Assembly (NCBI GenBank): GCA_964016885.1
Contig: OZ024743.1
Coordinates: 37,510,001-37,574,000, forward strand
Source: Eledone cirrhosa
Lineage: Eukaryota
DNA length: 64,000 nucleotides
Direction of reading: 5' to 3'
The notes under the pieces were generated by a model that saw only the letters and a list, made by a program, of their open reading frames with translations, had not been told where the DNA came from and ran no database searches. Made by a program: the position numbers and the translations under genes. This document shows positions 13,918 to 28,623 of this stretch, piece by piece; within the stretch, counting starts at the first letter, position 1; every line of letters starts with the position of its first letter.

Positions 13918-14247
13918 GAGTGCTATTATTTTTCCTCATGAATTCCCAATATGAAGTATTCCAGCTTTTCAGAATGTCACAAACTCCCGCGCTGCTGGCA
14001 CTTACGAATATTCTCTCTTCTCTTCTGTTTTTCCTTTGTTTTTCAGAGAATAAAATATAGTTTAATTGTTAATGTTATTTTGACGATAGCCGCAACGGTA
14101 GTAAAGAGTTTCACCTGCTGTCAGTTCTGGAATGGTTTTGGCAGCTATCCCATTTCTAAGTGGCCTTGGTTCGACTCCAGAATTTCAATTCAAGAATAGT
14201 GCTACGTAGATATATACATACATACATACGTATGCCTACATAATACG

Positions 14248-14422
<175 letters not shown>

Positions 14423-14507
14423 TATATATATATACATATATACAGACACATATATATGCAGATGCATATATACTATTTTTACATCAATATATTCATATAT
14501 ATATGCA

Positions 14508-14586
<79 letters not shown>

Positions 14587-14856
14587 GTATATACGTATAT
14601 AAATATCTATCCATCTATATATTTATATATCTATATAAGAATAAAAACATATATTTATACATGTACAGATATATATTATATTGGTGATTATAGAGAAGTA
14701 CGTTACCATTATCTTTGATAAGGTGAGAGAAATTCTATGCATAGTAAAATCCTCGGTTTATCAGGGGTTTAAAATAGACGAATAATTCACCGGCATTTAA
14801 AGTTTTTGTTGTTGAGGATAGTTCTGGTAGCAGAGCATTAATATTCAATATTCAAT

Positions 14857-14918
14857 AAATTAAAGAATGGATTTAAGTTGTTAACAAAGGTTAACAACTT
14901 AAACCCATTCTTTAATTT
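14857..14918. repeat. Near-perfect 29-bp hairpin
   Basis: aaattaaagaatggatttaagttgttaac-aaag-gttaacaacttaaacccattctttaattt. Confidence 0.85.
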
Positions 14919-15177
14919 CTACGTCCGTTTCAATAAGTTTACAATGGTACATGCATAGATATGTTGTTAATAATTGGTTATTAATTATTTCCAGTTGTTT
15001 ACATATGCATTGTCAAGTTTGATCTTAATAAAACAACTCCATGGTCAGAATAAGGGTAAACTTCGAAACCTAAGGTAGCAAGACACTGTGTCTGGCAGGC
15101 ATCAATAATGTTTTAGTTCTGCTGAAAATATGGAGCACCGTTTTTCTTTTTTCCTCTCTTCTCTGTCTGTCTGTTTG

Positions 15178-15315
<138 letters not shown>

Positions 15316-15399
15316 ATACAAAGACACACACACACACGCATGTGTGTGTATTGTGTTAAAAACTCACAATAGACCCCTGTAATTAAGATAGCTCAAGGA

Positions 15400-15640
15400 G
15401 AAAAAGATTTTTCCGAGCCTTATAATACAGTAAGGAGAGAAGAAGGCGGATATATAGCTAAATGTGTTCAAATCACAAAGGACAGAGGTAGCCAAGTTAA
15501 AGAAAATATTGACTAAAATAGTATGGTTCTCAGGACCCAATCTTAAGGATAAATTGAGAAAAATGGATCTACCATGATAACTATCATGCACCCGGCCAGT
15601 TTGTGGGTAAAACTGTTTCACAAAATCCAATGAGAAGAAT
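15400..15640 (-). pseudogene. Possible decayed PLE RT thumb fragment
   Basis: FVKQFYPQ...RSIFLNLSL...NTFSYISAF resembles the PLE 'FLDL...NT.SYL' region. Confidence 0.35.
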
Positions 15641-15704
15641 TATTAGGTGGTGCCTCTCAACGGGTATCCACATATAACTACAGTGTCCGTCTCTCGTTAC
15701 AGTT

Positions 15705-15737
<33 letters not shown>

Positions 15738-15814
15738 ATATACATTATGAAGAGAGAAGAAACATTTAGATATAATTAGTAATAAAATGTATCATACCTA
15801 AACTGTTCCTAAAT

Positions 15815-15902
15815 TCCTCGACTACGTAGTTTCGTGGCATAAACAAAAACAATATATCAAAGATATAGAGTCCTTGCGAGGTCTGCCGACTTATCAAGAG
15901 GA
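15815..15902 (-). ncRNA. Degenerate type I hammerhead ribozyme
   Basis: tcctc-TTGATAA-gtcggca...tgccac-GAAA-CTACGTAG-TC-gagga: perfect stem I, palindromic stem III, two core transitions. Confidence 0.7.
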
Positions 15903-16341
15903 TACCTCATTTTACTAGTCTCAAGAACGCGTCTACACGACGTGAGAAAGAATCCCAAAAGGCGGAGGGGGAGATAGTCACGCGATATAACGGTCGAGAA
16001 ACAGAGCTAAGCCTCTTATAACCACGAAGAAAATACCACGGAGGCGGAGGGGGTATTCATATCGAGGCCGTAGAAGAGGTAGTGAAGAAGGCGAGAAGTA
16101 TGAGTAATGGAAGCTTTCCAGTTGTCCCCACACTTCAAAGATTGCTCGACCAGAGGGAGTTATTAATATATTAAGAAACACACAGATACATGCGGACACA
16201 CACATATATACATGAATGCATCCGCACCCAACTGTGAGTTATGGGTGCCAACTTCACCGATGTTGCTCAATGAATGACTGGGACAGACCAATTCAGTTTG
16301 AACCAGACTGAACCAGTATCAGAGTTAAAAATACATTATGA

Positions 16342-16373
<32 letters not shown>

Positions 16374-16374
<1 letters not shown>

Positions 16375-16580
16375 GGAAAATGTTTAACTCCGACGGCAGA
16401 GCTCAAGCCATTTCAACGGCTATTTCTGGACTAATTTAAGTCCAGAAATAGCCGTCGAAACGGCTTGAGCTCTGCCGTCGTGGTTAAAGATTTTCCTTTT
16501 ACCCACTCTGCTACCCTAAGTATTGAGTACTCTGGTGCGTTATGGTCCATCTGGTTCCTTACCACACTTCCTTCGTTACA
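16374..16580 (+). mobile_element. Fold-back mini-element (58-bp hairpin plus about 80-bp tail) in (TA)n
   Basis: Arms at 16374-16431 and 16440-16497; tail nearly identical to 49442-49520. Confidence 0.8.
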
Positions 16581-16653
16581 CACATATATATATATATATT
16601 CATATATATACATATAACATTGTGTATGAATCGATGTTGTAGATATACATATA

Positions 16654-16716
<63 letters not shown>

Positions 16717-17299
16717 TAAAAGAGAGAGAGAGAAAACCGTAAATATGTTCATAAAGATAATTAAATATATATAATTACACTCATTAGCGATTGTAGGGAT
16801 AAATAAATTAAGTAAATATAATGTAAGCTATCATAAAATACATAATAACTGATACATTTTAATAGAATCATTGTTAATGAAATCTAATAAGAAAGTAGTA
16901 TTTTGCATAAACGTAAACACATACATATATTTACGTATGTATGTTTGTATGTACGTTCGTATGTATGTAGTACGTATGTATGTATGCGTTTATGTATGTA
17001 TATTCTTCTGGTTTTATAATTTCACAAAGTTTAACCAATAGAGAGAGAGTCGGTTTCTAACATAGACATAAGACTTTCTCATTGGGATTTACACAACATC
17101 AACTAGGTAGATTATGTATGCATGCTTGCATCTGTAGATATGGATGTTATTGTATGTGTGGATGTGTATGTTTTGAGTTGTGTGTGTGCATGTGTATATG
17201 CTTTGCATCTGTACATGTGTATATGCAGTTATTAGATGCAAAATCTTTGGAATGTTTTACATATTTTTACTGTTCCATTAATGGATTGTACTTGCAATT

Positions 17300-17465
17300 T
17301 CCTAACTAGTTGTGTTCTTCCTGTTGCTGTGTAGCCTAGCTTCTCAAGATTTGTATTGAGGCAGTTACTAACATACCCCAGTGTCCCAATAATCACAAGC
17401 ATAAATCTGAAGGTATAATCAGGGTGGAGTATCTGCAGATTTCTCATCAGTTCTGAATAAATATT
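17300..17465 (-). pseudogene. R4/NeSL-like LINE C-terminal RLE remnant
   Basis: YSELMRNLQILHPDYTFRFMLVIIGTLGYVSNCLNTNLEKLG resembles the KY..L...L......P(I/V)IIGALG motif. Confidence 0.55.
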
Positions 17466-17548
17466 CTCCTTTTCATATATATATGTATGTGTGTTTGTAT
17501 GTACACTACACACCTCAGCACACACATACACACGCACCGCACACACAC

Positions 17549-17622
17549 ATACATGTACTATTCCATCATGGTTAATTATACGGAATGGCCAGCTCTATTC
17601 AGTGGAGAACCACCAATTTCAA

Positions 17623-17688
<66 letters not shown>

Positions 17689-17837
17689 TAAACGGAAAAA
17701 AAAATGCTGACAAATTGTTCACAGTGAAAAATAGTTTAATTAGGAATAGGAGAGAATTAGTAATAGTATTGGTTAGTATTCAGTTTTGGTTTTAAGTTTT
17801 ACCGGTTGCGCATTTCTAATGCTTTACAAAAATAATT

Positions 17838-17935
<98 letters not shown>

Positions 17936-18013
17936 ATCATTGAAATTGGAGGTTCTCAACTGAATAGAGCTGGTCATTCCGTATAATTAACCATGATGGA
18001 ATAGTACATGTAT
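17549..18013. repeat. About 80-bp inverted repeat pair enclosing (TA)n tracts and a pseudo-LTR-like fragment
   Basis: 17549-17628 is the reverse complement of 17935-18013. The central 17685-17835 has a decayed HHR-like motif on the minus strand (gcat-tagaa-atgc-gcaa-ccgg-ta). Confidence 0.8.
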
Positions 18014-18314
18014 TTGTATATATATATATATGTATATAATATATAAGATCAAAAGATGGTTAAAGGAGTTCCATGTATTTTATTATGCGCATTTCAAAAA
18101 CAAACATCATCATGCAATAATATTTGTGTTTTCATCAGATAAAACAGGAGAACATGATATGAAGGCTAAAAAACACTTGTGGATAGTGCAGTTTTAAATC
18201 AACATATGAAAAGTAGTTTTAGATTGATATGTGATATTGGGAAAAATATTTTATTTAGAGAGGGGTGGAAGGATGAAAACTCACCTCCTACATATATATG
18301 TACATATATATGTA

Positions 18315-18354
<40 letters not shown>

Positions 18355-18532
18355 CATACATATATGTATCCCCACACATACATATAATCATATTTACAAA
18401 CACGTGTTTGTATATATCTACAAAGTTACATATACAAAGATCAATATAATCATATAATCATATGCAGACAAACAAACATAGTTATGTACAAAATATACAT
18501 CTATACACACACATACACACATACACATTCAC

Positions 18533-18640
<108 letters not shown>

Positions 18641-18730
18641 GTATATATATATACCTATCTGTATGTATTTGTGTGTGTGTGTGTAGATAGACATACAATC
18701 ATAAATACATATATTTATCTCTCTCCCCCC

Positions 18731-18772
<42 letters not shown>

Positions 18773-20552
18773 ACGTACATCGTTGACGTCATACGCATTG
18801 TAAATACGTGTAATTTGTATTTTGTATATTATGACGTAAATAATCATCATGATAATAAATGACTAAGTTATAGTTAAGAGAGTCAGGTATAGTAAATAGA
18901 AAAAGTAAACGGTAGCACCTACGAGGATGGGACAGCACATCCTTCTGTTAAACATGGCTGCTTACTAATTCCGGTTATTTAGTAGATATGCCTCACCACA
19001 TAAGTATGTATGATCTTCTGGTTTTATTATATTATAAATCGTCGCCGATAGATAGATAGAGAGAGAGAGCTGGATATAGATAGATAGATAGAGAGAGAGA
19101 GAGAGTGAGAGTGTGTGAGAGAGAGAGAAGGAGAGACTGTTTTTAAAATAGTATCAAAACTCTTTCGTGTGAATTTAGACAACATCCGCTGGGTATGTAT
19201 GTCTGTGTGTGTTTGTGTATGTGTTGATCGATATGTTTATGAGGTAAATGTGTACATGGCCATATGTGTGTATATGCACTAGTTATATGCTGAATTTCTG
19301 AAATGTTTTACATATTTTTAGAGTTCCCACCCCACTTGCCGTGCTCTTTCTGTGAAGTACATCCTCTCAAATTTAGTTCTAAGGCAGTTAGTAACATTCC
19401 ACAAGTACACTTTCACATTATGTATGCATATATATTCCATATATGCATACATTTATGTCAGGTCACCAGTTGGTGCTACTGGTAACATGTATCCCAGTAC
19501 AACCTGTCTCATGGTCGGGTCGTTGGTGACTAAACTGGCAACCCCACCAAGGTTTCTTGGTGAGGAGAGTGACTTTGGACATCCTGCAGGACAAAAAAAC
19601 AAAACCTGTCAAAGGGCAAATGAGCTCTTAAGATTCAATGGCCATCCAAAATCACCGGGAGAGATGACCCCTTAGCCTTTGTCAAAGCAGAATAGAATTC
19701 TAGGAGAAGGAAAACTCTGATATAACACCAGCAACCCTGATGGTATCCAATGATGTTGACTTGTTCTTCTTTTTGGTAGATATCATCTTGGTTAAGAGAG
19801 TGGGACTGGCTTTGTGCAGTGCCTTTGCTCACTATAAAAGCTTCACGACACAGGCATTGCTTTATATCTGGAGATCTCTCTGCACTTGTCATCACAGGGT
19901 ACCATGGGCCCAGCACTATGTGTCAATAATTGTCACAAGTGTAGTGTTTGTACCAGAGTTTTCAAGTCGCTGGCTGGACTAAAACGTCACACACGTTCAG
20001 CGCATCGGTAGGGGTTCTCCTACATGGATATAAAGTAGTGGCCGTACTCGAAAACCAGTTGGCAGCCACCATATTCGATATCACTGTAACTTTTTATGTT
20101 TATTATCAAGACTATCCTTTCTGCAGAGCACGTTATAGTGTTTTGATCACTACTTAGGTAGATAATGTATTGGTGACATATATAGACTGCTGCTTATGAG
20201 GTAGGAGAAATCCTCGATGTTTAACCCGCCGAGTCTGCCTCTGTTGTCTCATCTAGATGTTTTGAGTGCAACTATATCTCATTTGTGCACCAATAAGAGG
20301 AGTATCTATGCTTCTCTCGCTCAATATATATATATATATATATATACATATCCTGATTTGAGAGACTTCGCCAGGTGGTACTATTAAGTTAGACATGGCG
20401 TGGGCAATTACTAAATTACTAGCCGAAAAAACGCCAGCACCAACAGTTTTGAAACAGATGTCAACATGAATGGACCTGTTATTTTTATCTAAAGACATTT
20501 TTTCCCATTTCCAACCCGCCCGTCCCCTCAATCTATCGTATTTCTCATCCTT

Positions 20553-20588
20553 TCTTCTGATAAAGGACTAGCGTCCGAAACGTTAAGA
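20553..20588 (+). ncRNA. Minimal hammerhead ribozyme (G8>A) in a about 330-bp pseudo-LTR-like unit (20345-20672)
   Basis: tctt-CTGATAA-a-GGAC-tagc-GTCC-GAAA-CG-TT-aaga. Confidence 0.65.
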
Positions 20589-20669
20589 CCCCCTTTCTGC
20601 TATATCAAGCGTTACCCTAATATATTCCTTCCATATACTGTACCGATTGTGTTGTTATTTCTGTTTACC

Positions 20670-20798
<129 letters not shown>

Positions 20799-20850
20799 AA
20801 TGAAGTATTTCCGTAGGAAAGATAAAGGAAAAGAGAGTCATCTATGTAGG

Positions 20851-20925
<75 letters not shown>

Positions 20926-21444
20926 GTATATATATGATATATATATCCTTTTTAAAAGAATATCCCTGCACTGACAGGAAATGCATAGTCTGCAAATTAA
21001 GCCCACAAACTAATAAAACAAACTAGGCACACACAGCTAGAACAATCAACCATTTAGTGACAAGTAAATAAGCGTATAAATGAATAAATAAACACATTCA
21101 CACACCTGGATATAACGCATACGCAAACCAAGTACACAGCACACAAAAAACAGAAACGAAACTGTATAGGACAGAATAAAGGAGAGACACAAAATATCAT
21201 ACAGTTACTGAGGAGGTCACATAATGTGTGACGAAAGAGTTTTGACTATACTGTATAGAGACAACCATCCAGTTATTGATCTAGCCAATCGGAAATTTTG
21301 TAATAAATTGAAGTGAACCCAACAGGTGCGTGCGTTTTTATTGGCCGCATTACTCTCCCAAAGTATAAACATATCTGCTTCACCACACGTTTTCAGATAG
21401 TAAATCTTGCAAAACAAATTAAGAAACGAAGTATATATATATAA

Positions 21445-21707
21445 AAGTCAGCTCAAAATGACACAGAGGAGACTGAGGTTGGCTGGACATGCTCACCGAC
21501 ATCCAGAGTTGACATTGCACTCAGTGCTCCTTTGGGAGCCCCTACATGGACACACTAGAAGAGGAAGACCAAGGTTAACATATGTTGATGCCCTAAGGAC
21601 AGACACTGGTCTGTTGGAGATGCAGGATATGGCAGCGATAATGAGGGACAGAGACCGCTGGAGAGAACTCGTCCATGGATCTCGGGAATTTTACCCGCCT
21701 TAGATAG

Positions 21708-21710
<3 letters not shown>
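21445..21710 (+). pseudogene. RTE/RTE-X-like LINE 3' end, 5'-truncated
   Basis: QRRLRLAGHAHRHPELTLHSVLLWEPLHGHTRRGRPRLTYVDAL...MRDRDRWRELV, followed by a (TAGA) tail. Confidence 0.8.
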
Positions 21711-21772
<62 letters not shown>

Positions 21773-21861
21773 TGTTTGCGTTGTTTATGTGTTTATGTGT
21801 GTCTTTATATTCCGACTTAAGAGATTATAAGTGTGTAGCTAGAGGTGTAAATACCAGTTGA

Positions 21862-22192
21862 ATTGAGAATCATTGGGAAAACACGAAATTTGAAATGTTT
21901 GGGCCCCGTCAGCTTTTTAACTTGGGAGTTAGCTTATTCGCACGCCAACCGAGATATATTAGTTTCAAGTACTTGCAGTCGCCTCTGTCCCTTCCTCAGC
22001 TGTTATTTATTGTAAACAATTATTATTATTATTAGTCATCTGCGTTGGGACTCATCCCCCTCCCTCACACGCGCACACACATATATAGGTATATACAAAT
22101 ACGGCTATTTATATGCATATATATATGTATCCACAAACAAACACACACTGTGTTTCCACATATGTCTCCATATATATGCATATAAATAGCCG

Positions 22193-22225
<33 letters not shown>

Positions 22226-22523
22226 ATGTGTGTGTGTGTGTGTGTGTGAATATGTATCCATATATATGCATATAAATAGCCGTATTTGTATATACCTATA
22301 TATGTGTGTGCGCGTGTGGAGGAGGGGGGTGCACTCCAACGCAGATGACTCTAATAATAATAATAATCGTTTATAATAAATAACAGCTGAGGAAGGGACA
22401 GAGGCGACTGCAATTACTTGAAACAATATCTCTCGGTTGGCGTGCGAATAATCTAACTCCCAAGTTAAAAAGCCGACGGGGCCCAAACATTTCAAATTTC
22501 GTGTTTTCCCAATGATTCTCAAT
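21862..22523. mobile_element. Fold-back element: about 250-bp inverted arms around a microsatellite core, HHR-like motif in each arm
   Basis: 21862-22120 is the reverse complement of 22260-22523. Motif CTGAGGA-agggacag..ctg..ctt-GAAA at 22387-22423. Confidence 0.8.
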
Positions 22524-22899
22524 ATATATATATAGTAATGAGTATGAACGAAATTGCAGCTGCAAGTAGCAGATTCACATCCGACTGAATTTGGTGACTG
22601 TCAATGATAAATTAATTTAGAAATTGCTCCTCAGAATGAACACAATAAGTTATGTAATAGTGACATAATGAATAATGCGACCAGATGCATTTTGCCACAT
22701 TAATACTACAGCAACGAAACATATGTATATTTATATATCCATAAGTGTTTTTATGTAAGGCCAGCAGTCACCTGTGCATACCATATTCCTCTCTACTCGC
22801 CACCGTTGTTGTCCAACAGAAATGCAAGGTAGCCACAGGTTAGCACAAATGAAGTTACAACATATTTTTCCAACTGAGTGAACTTCAGTAACATTAAAT

Positions 22900-23085
22900 A
22901 ATTGTTTCTACTTTTGGCACAAGGCCAGCAATTACCCAGTACATTACTGGCACTTTATTTTATCGACCCCGTAAGGATGAAAGGCAAAGTTAACCTCGGC
23001 GGGATTTGAACTCAGACCGTAAAGGGACATAACTATGCTGAAAAGCATGGCGCCCGACTCTCTACCGATACTGCCAATCTACCGA
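22900..23085 (-). mobile_element. tRNA-derived SINE copy
   Basis: Reverse complement of the SINE consensus, flanked by repeated taacattaaa(a)taat. Confidence 0.85.
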
Positions 23086-23314
23086 TTAACATTAAATAAT
23101 GTGACAGTAACATTAAATAATGTGACTTGCTCAAGGGCGCATCATCCAGTCGAGGATTCGCGTTCACAACCGCACGATTGAGAGCCGAATATTTTCATCG
23201 TTAAACCTTGCTACGACATTTATAGATTCATGTGTCCGTATGAATACATATATCTATATAGGCATAACTAGATTTCCACACGAGCACGAATATACTTACA
23301 CACACACACACACA

Positions 23315-23424
<110 letters not shown>

Positions 23425-23876
23425 TTCTCGCTCTCTCTCTCACACAGACACACACACTCTCTCTCACTCACACACATGCACCCCCCCCCACACACACACT
23501 CTCTGTCATACACACAAATAAATGTATATGTATATATTATATACACACAGGTAAATATCAAGCAATACGCTTGATTAAAACTGAATGTTTCCAATTGATT
23601 TTTTCTCCGTTTCTTACCCCCACTTCTCGTTTCTTTTCGCGTATTTCAGTATTCACATACACACAAGTACACACATACATACACACACAGTTACATACAT
23701 AACCACACACATACACATCAATACACATATACACAGAAAATCACACGCATGAATATAAACATTAATTCACACACTCTCGCAACCATACACAACAATATAC
23801 ATATATTGATACACACACACACATACATACACATACACACACATGTATATATATATATACATATATATATATATGC

Positions 23877-23929
<53 letters not shown>

Positions 23930-23981
23930 CATACATTCATATATATATATATATATACATATTTATATACATACACACACA

Positions 23982-24012
<31 letters not shown>

Positions 24013-24014
24013 GC

Positions 24015-24051
<37 letters not shown>

Positions 24052-24060
24052 CATACATTC

Positions 24061-24091
<31 letters not shown>

Positions 24092-24234
24092 CACACACAC
24101 ACACATGTGTATATATAAATATATATATATATATACACATATTTATATATACACACACACACACATGTATATATATATATACATATATATATATATGCAT
24201 GTATATATATATATATATACACATACATACATTC

Positions 24235-24333
<99 letters not shown>

Positions 24334-24631
24334 CACACACACACATGTGTATATATATATATATATAATCGCACGCGAATACAACCAGGCATTGAGCCAC
24401 ACTTTCCAAAATACAGACATTCAATCACATACCTACTTACACACACCTAGTGGTATACACGTATTTACACATGTATGCACACAAACTGTTCTTCCATCCC
24501 ATTATTGATACTTAAGACATTTATGAATTGGAAACTTTAGGCAATTTCTCCCGTTGAAGAAGATACAAACAGGTATTGAATAGGCTGAACTGGTGGTGAG
24601 AGGGGGCAGTGTGGAAGGCAGAAAACGAAGG

Positions 24632-24694
<63 letters not shown>

Positions 24695-24832
24695 AAGACA
24701 GAGAGTGATATATCTATAGGTATGTATATATGTATGTATGTATGTATGTATATATATATATATATATACGTATACATACATACATATATATATATATATA
24801 CATACATATATAAATATATATATATGTATTCA

Positions 24833-24872
<40 letters not shown>

Positions 24873-25016
24873 CACACACACACATACACACATATATATA
24901 TATAGGGAGAGAAAGAGAGAGAGGGGAGAGAATTGCTAATAGTTGAGAGAGAAGAAAGAGTAGAGAGAGAGGAGAGAAAGAAAGAAAGAAAGAAAGAGAG
25001 AGGAGGGAAAGAAAGA

Positions 25017-25091
<75 letters not shown>

Positions 25092-25697
25092 AAAGAGACA
25101 ATTGGCAATAGTGAAGAGAGGAGATAGAGAGTGGAGTGAGTGGAGAGAAAGAATAAGACAGGGACAGATAAAGACAGGTAGAAAGGCTAAGAGAAAGGAA
25201 GAGCGAGTGTATGTATGGTGGAAGGACGAAAATGAAGTTTGTGTGTGGGGGAGGGGGTCGTCGAAGAGACAGGAGTTGGATGGAAATAACGTTAACACGA
25301 GATTTCGTTAGAATAAAAGATGAGTAAAATTTTGCGACAGCGTGAAGGGGAAAAGATAAAAAGAAAGTGAGAGGCAGTGAGAGAAAAGTGTGATCTCCCT
25401 CTCTCCACCCCTCTCTCTCCCTCTCTGTATATATATTTATATATATCCATATATATATATATATATCTTGAGGAAAGGTGATAAAGAGGGGTATAGTGAA
25501 AGAGAATTTCCGAGTGTATATATATATATATATATGCTATAGACAAAGACACAAACTCACACAGCTGTACACAGTTACAATGAGAATGAGTGCTAGAAGT
25601 AGGTGAGAAGATAGAGTGTGTAAGGAACAGAGTGTCAAATACAGCGAGAAAGAGAACAAATACAAGAGATAGAATTGTTCAGATATATATATATATA

Positions 25698-25875
25698 TTT
25701 GTTTCTACGTTAGGCACAAGGCCACAATTACCAGTGCATTACTGGTACTTTATTTTATCGTCCCCGTAAGGACGAAAGCAAAGTCAACCTCGGCGGGATT
25801 TGAACTCAGATCGTAAAGGGACGTAACTAAGCTGGAGAGCATGGCGTCCGACCCTCTACCGATACTGCCAATCCT
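25698..25875 (-). mobile_element. tRNA-derived SINE copy
   Basis: Reverse complement of the SINE consensus. Confidence 0.85.
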
Positions 25876-26725
25876 ATTGAGGAGACCAATGTTATAGAAT
25901 GATAGGAGAAATAGAATGAGGGAAGGTTTAAATAGAGTTGAGATAAAGAGAGATGTATGTGTGTGTGGGAGAGAGCGAGAGAGCGAGAAGAGAAAGAAGC
26001 GGGATTGGGATAGACGCAGAAAGACAGGAAGGGCAGAATACATACACACGTACATACCCACATAGAGAGAGATGGAATATATATATGTGTAGAAAACGCA
26101 TACATAAATGAATGACCATGTGATTTGCACCAAGAAAGTTCAGCTCCAAGGCATAATTCCGAGCAAGGTTGTTTGTGGGAGACTAGCAGGCCCCCATGAT
26201 ATCTGTTTCCCTTTTATATATCCTTTTTATCACACGGCTGCTATCATGAAGGCACTCACTTTCTACAGCTATGTATTTCTATATCTCTTTTGTACAAGCT
26301 GCTCCCTTTTTTAACTTCTCTCGCTTTCAAAACCATTTCAAGACCATTTCTTTAGATCGTAGTTGTCATTTCAATTAATAGTACATAAAAATGTATTTCA
26401 TTAAGGACAAAAATAATCCCATATAATAGGCATATGTACGTATGTAAATATGTATATATATATATGCGTTGTGGATGCACATATAATATCAAACAGTCTT
26501 ACTCCCACGTACGCACACAGGCATACACATATATACAGACAAATGTATATACATAATAAATGGTATACACATCGCGAATTAGTTTTAATTCACTTTTAAT
26601 TAGCGATGTTCATATCATAAATAATATATTTATTCAGCGTTACAATTATTTTTTATAATAATTACCAAAACATAGTCCAGTGACTAAGTCATATCATTCT
26701 CATGCGACGTCGGGTGTTAGGTTAA

Positions 26726-26761
<36 letters not shown>

Positions 26762-26807
26762 TATATATATATTAATATATATATAAATATATATATATAT
26801 AGCGAGA

Positions 26808-26887
<80 letters not shown>

Positions 26888-28485
26888 AAGAGAGAGCGGG
26901 GGAGAGTCAGTGTTAAAGAATGTGATAAACTTAGGAAGATAAAAAATTTAAAAAGCAAAGAGAAGTAAGAAACTTTAAATGTAGGGAAGTATATAAAATT
27001 AGCCATGGAGAAGTAAAATATAATATATAATGGAACGGTGATAAAACGGATCTCCCCTTCTCTCTCTTTCTCTCTCTGCTCCTTACACTCTCTCTGTATG
27101 AGTCGGCATGTGTGTTAGTACATATATATATCTATATCTATATATATATGTGTGTGTGTGTGCGTGTAGGTGTGGGTTTGTGTCTTCACACAATTATTGG
27201 CAGATAACGGTTAGATTGAGAAAGGAAAAGAACGAAAGATGAAATGATGAAATGAAAGTATAAGAGAGAAAAATACCATAATGTGTTATGGGTTGAAGTG
27301 AAAAGAATTTCTAGAATCTATTTGTTGCATCCACTTTATGAACGAAGAGTTGAAGTACTTTTGTTCTCAATCCTGGAACCATATGGCAGAAGAAATGTTC
27401 CGTCTATTGTCCAACAGATTATGCATATTTACCTTCTTATAATACTTTCAATGGAATTTAAAAAAAAAAGATGGTCCGATATTCGAAAATTGGGTGGGAG
27501 GTATTGACTAGCCAGAAGATATAATCAATAATACAATGCTTGTATTATATTGAAGCACAGATGGTTGTCGTCACTGACACTATATTGTGTTTATAAAGGC
27601 ACACCTCAAGGCACAGTGACAACTCTACGTAGCACTCGTTTTTCTGCACGTTAATAGCTTACACATCGTTACATTTAACTACGTAAATTCCTACTAATTA
27701 TTTCTTTTGAAATTCCTGGACAAAAAGAAGATACAATGGGACATACGAGAGCCAATAATGGAGCCCAAAGATTTTCGCTTTATCTGCTAAATATAGCATA
27801 CAACTATCCCACAAATTGTACCATACTATCTTACAAAATTGGTGTTTGATAAAATGCAGTCGTAAATACGATGGCTGAAGAAAGAAAAGGCGGGACATAC
27901 TCGACTGAAACAACTTTCATCATAGATATACTGAAGTAAAGCCGACTTGGGGTTAAATAACAACGCTAATGAATTTAACACCTCACACTTATCATGTCTC
28001 TGATTTTTAGTGGAACAGTGTAGATACCATCGTATTCAATAATATATTGAATATACGTGGATACGTTCAATCTCTGCCACTGGAGCGGTGGCCCAGTGGT
28101 AGTAATCGAAGTCTGGTTTGGACCAAATCTCTTGGTAGACAAGAATTGAGAATAGGTCACGGCAAATGAAGTCAATCACACCCAGAAATGGGCATAGAAG
28201 GAGCTGTCCCTCAATAGTTGGGCAGAAGTAGGAAACATCTACATTGCTTCGGTGGTATACTGACTATCTAAATACCTGATCAGAATGTATGGTCTTCCAC
28301 GTTTTGTAGAATGGACAAGTTTTATTGGCCCTCCCCAAAATACTATATTGTTTTTGTCACAGCACCAGTCCGAAGAGCAGATCGATAACGGAGTCGAATC
28401 CATAACACGATTAATAGATCAACACACAATAAATATCTTATATACGTAAACGAAACTTCCTCGTTTTTTCTAATATATATATATA

Positions 28486-28536
28486 TTCCCCGTCTAACCC
28501 ATGCTAGCGTGGAAGATGGACGTCAAACGATGATGA

Positions 28537-28540
<4 letters not shown>
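28486..28540 (+). mobile_element. RTE-type 3' tail fragment
   Basis: ccgtctaacccatgctagcgtggaagatggacgtcaaac(gat)n. Confidence 0.5.

Positions 28541-28623
<83 letters not shown>

Noticed and set aside
15044-15082. cagaataagggtaaacttcgaaacctaaggta HHR-like motif
   Set aside because: The 5' core is too degenerate and there is no stem I.
19480-20250. Probable LINE-derived segment
   Set aside because: It looks repeat-like, but I could not extract a diagnostic protein motif, so it is left unannotated.
27950-28370. GC-richer stretch that might be a LINE or exon remnant
   Set aside because: No frame gave a recognisable motif.
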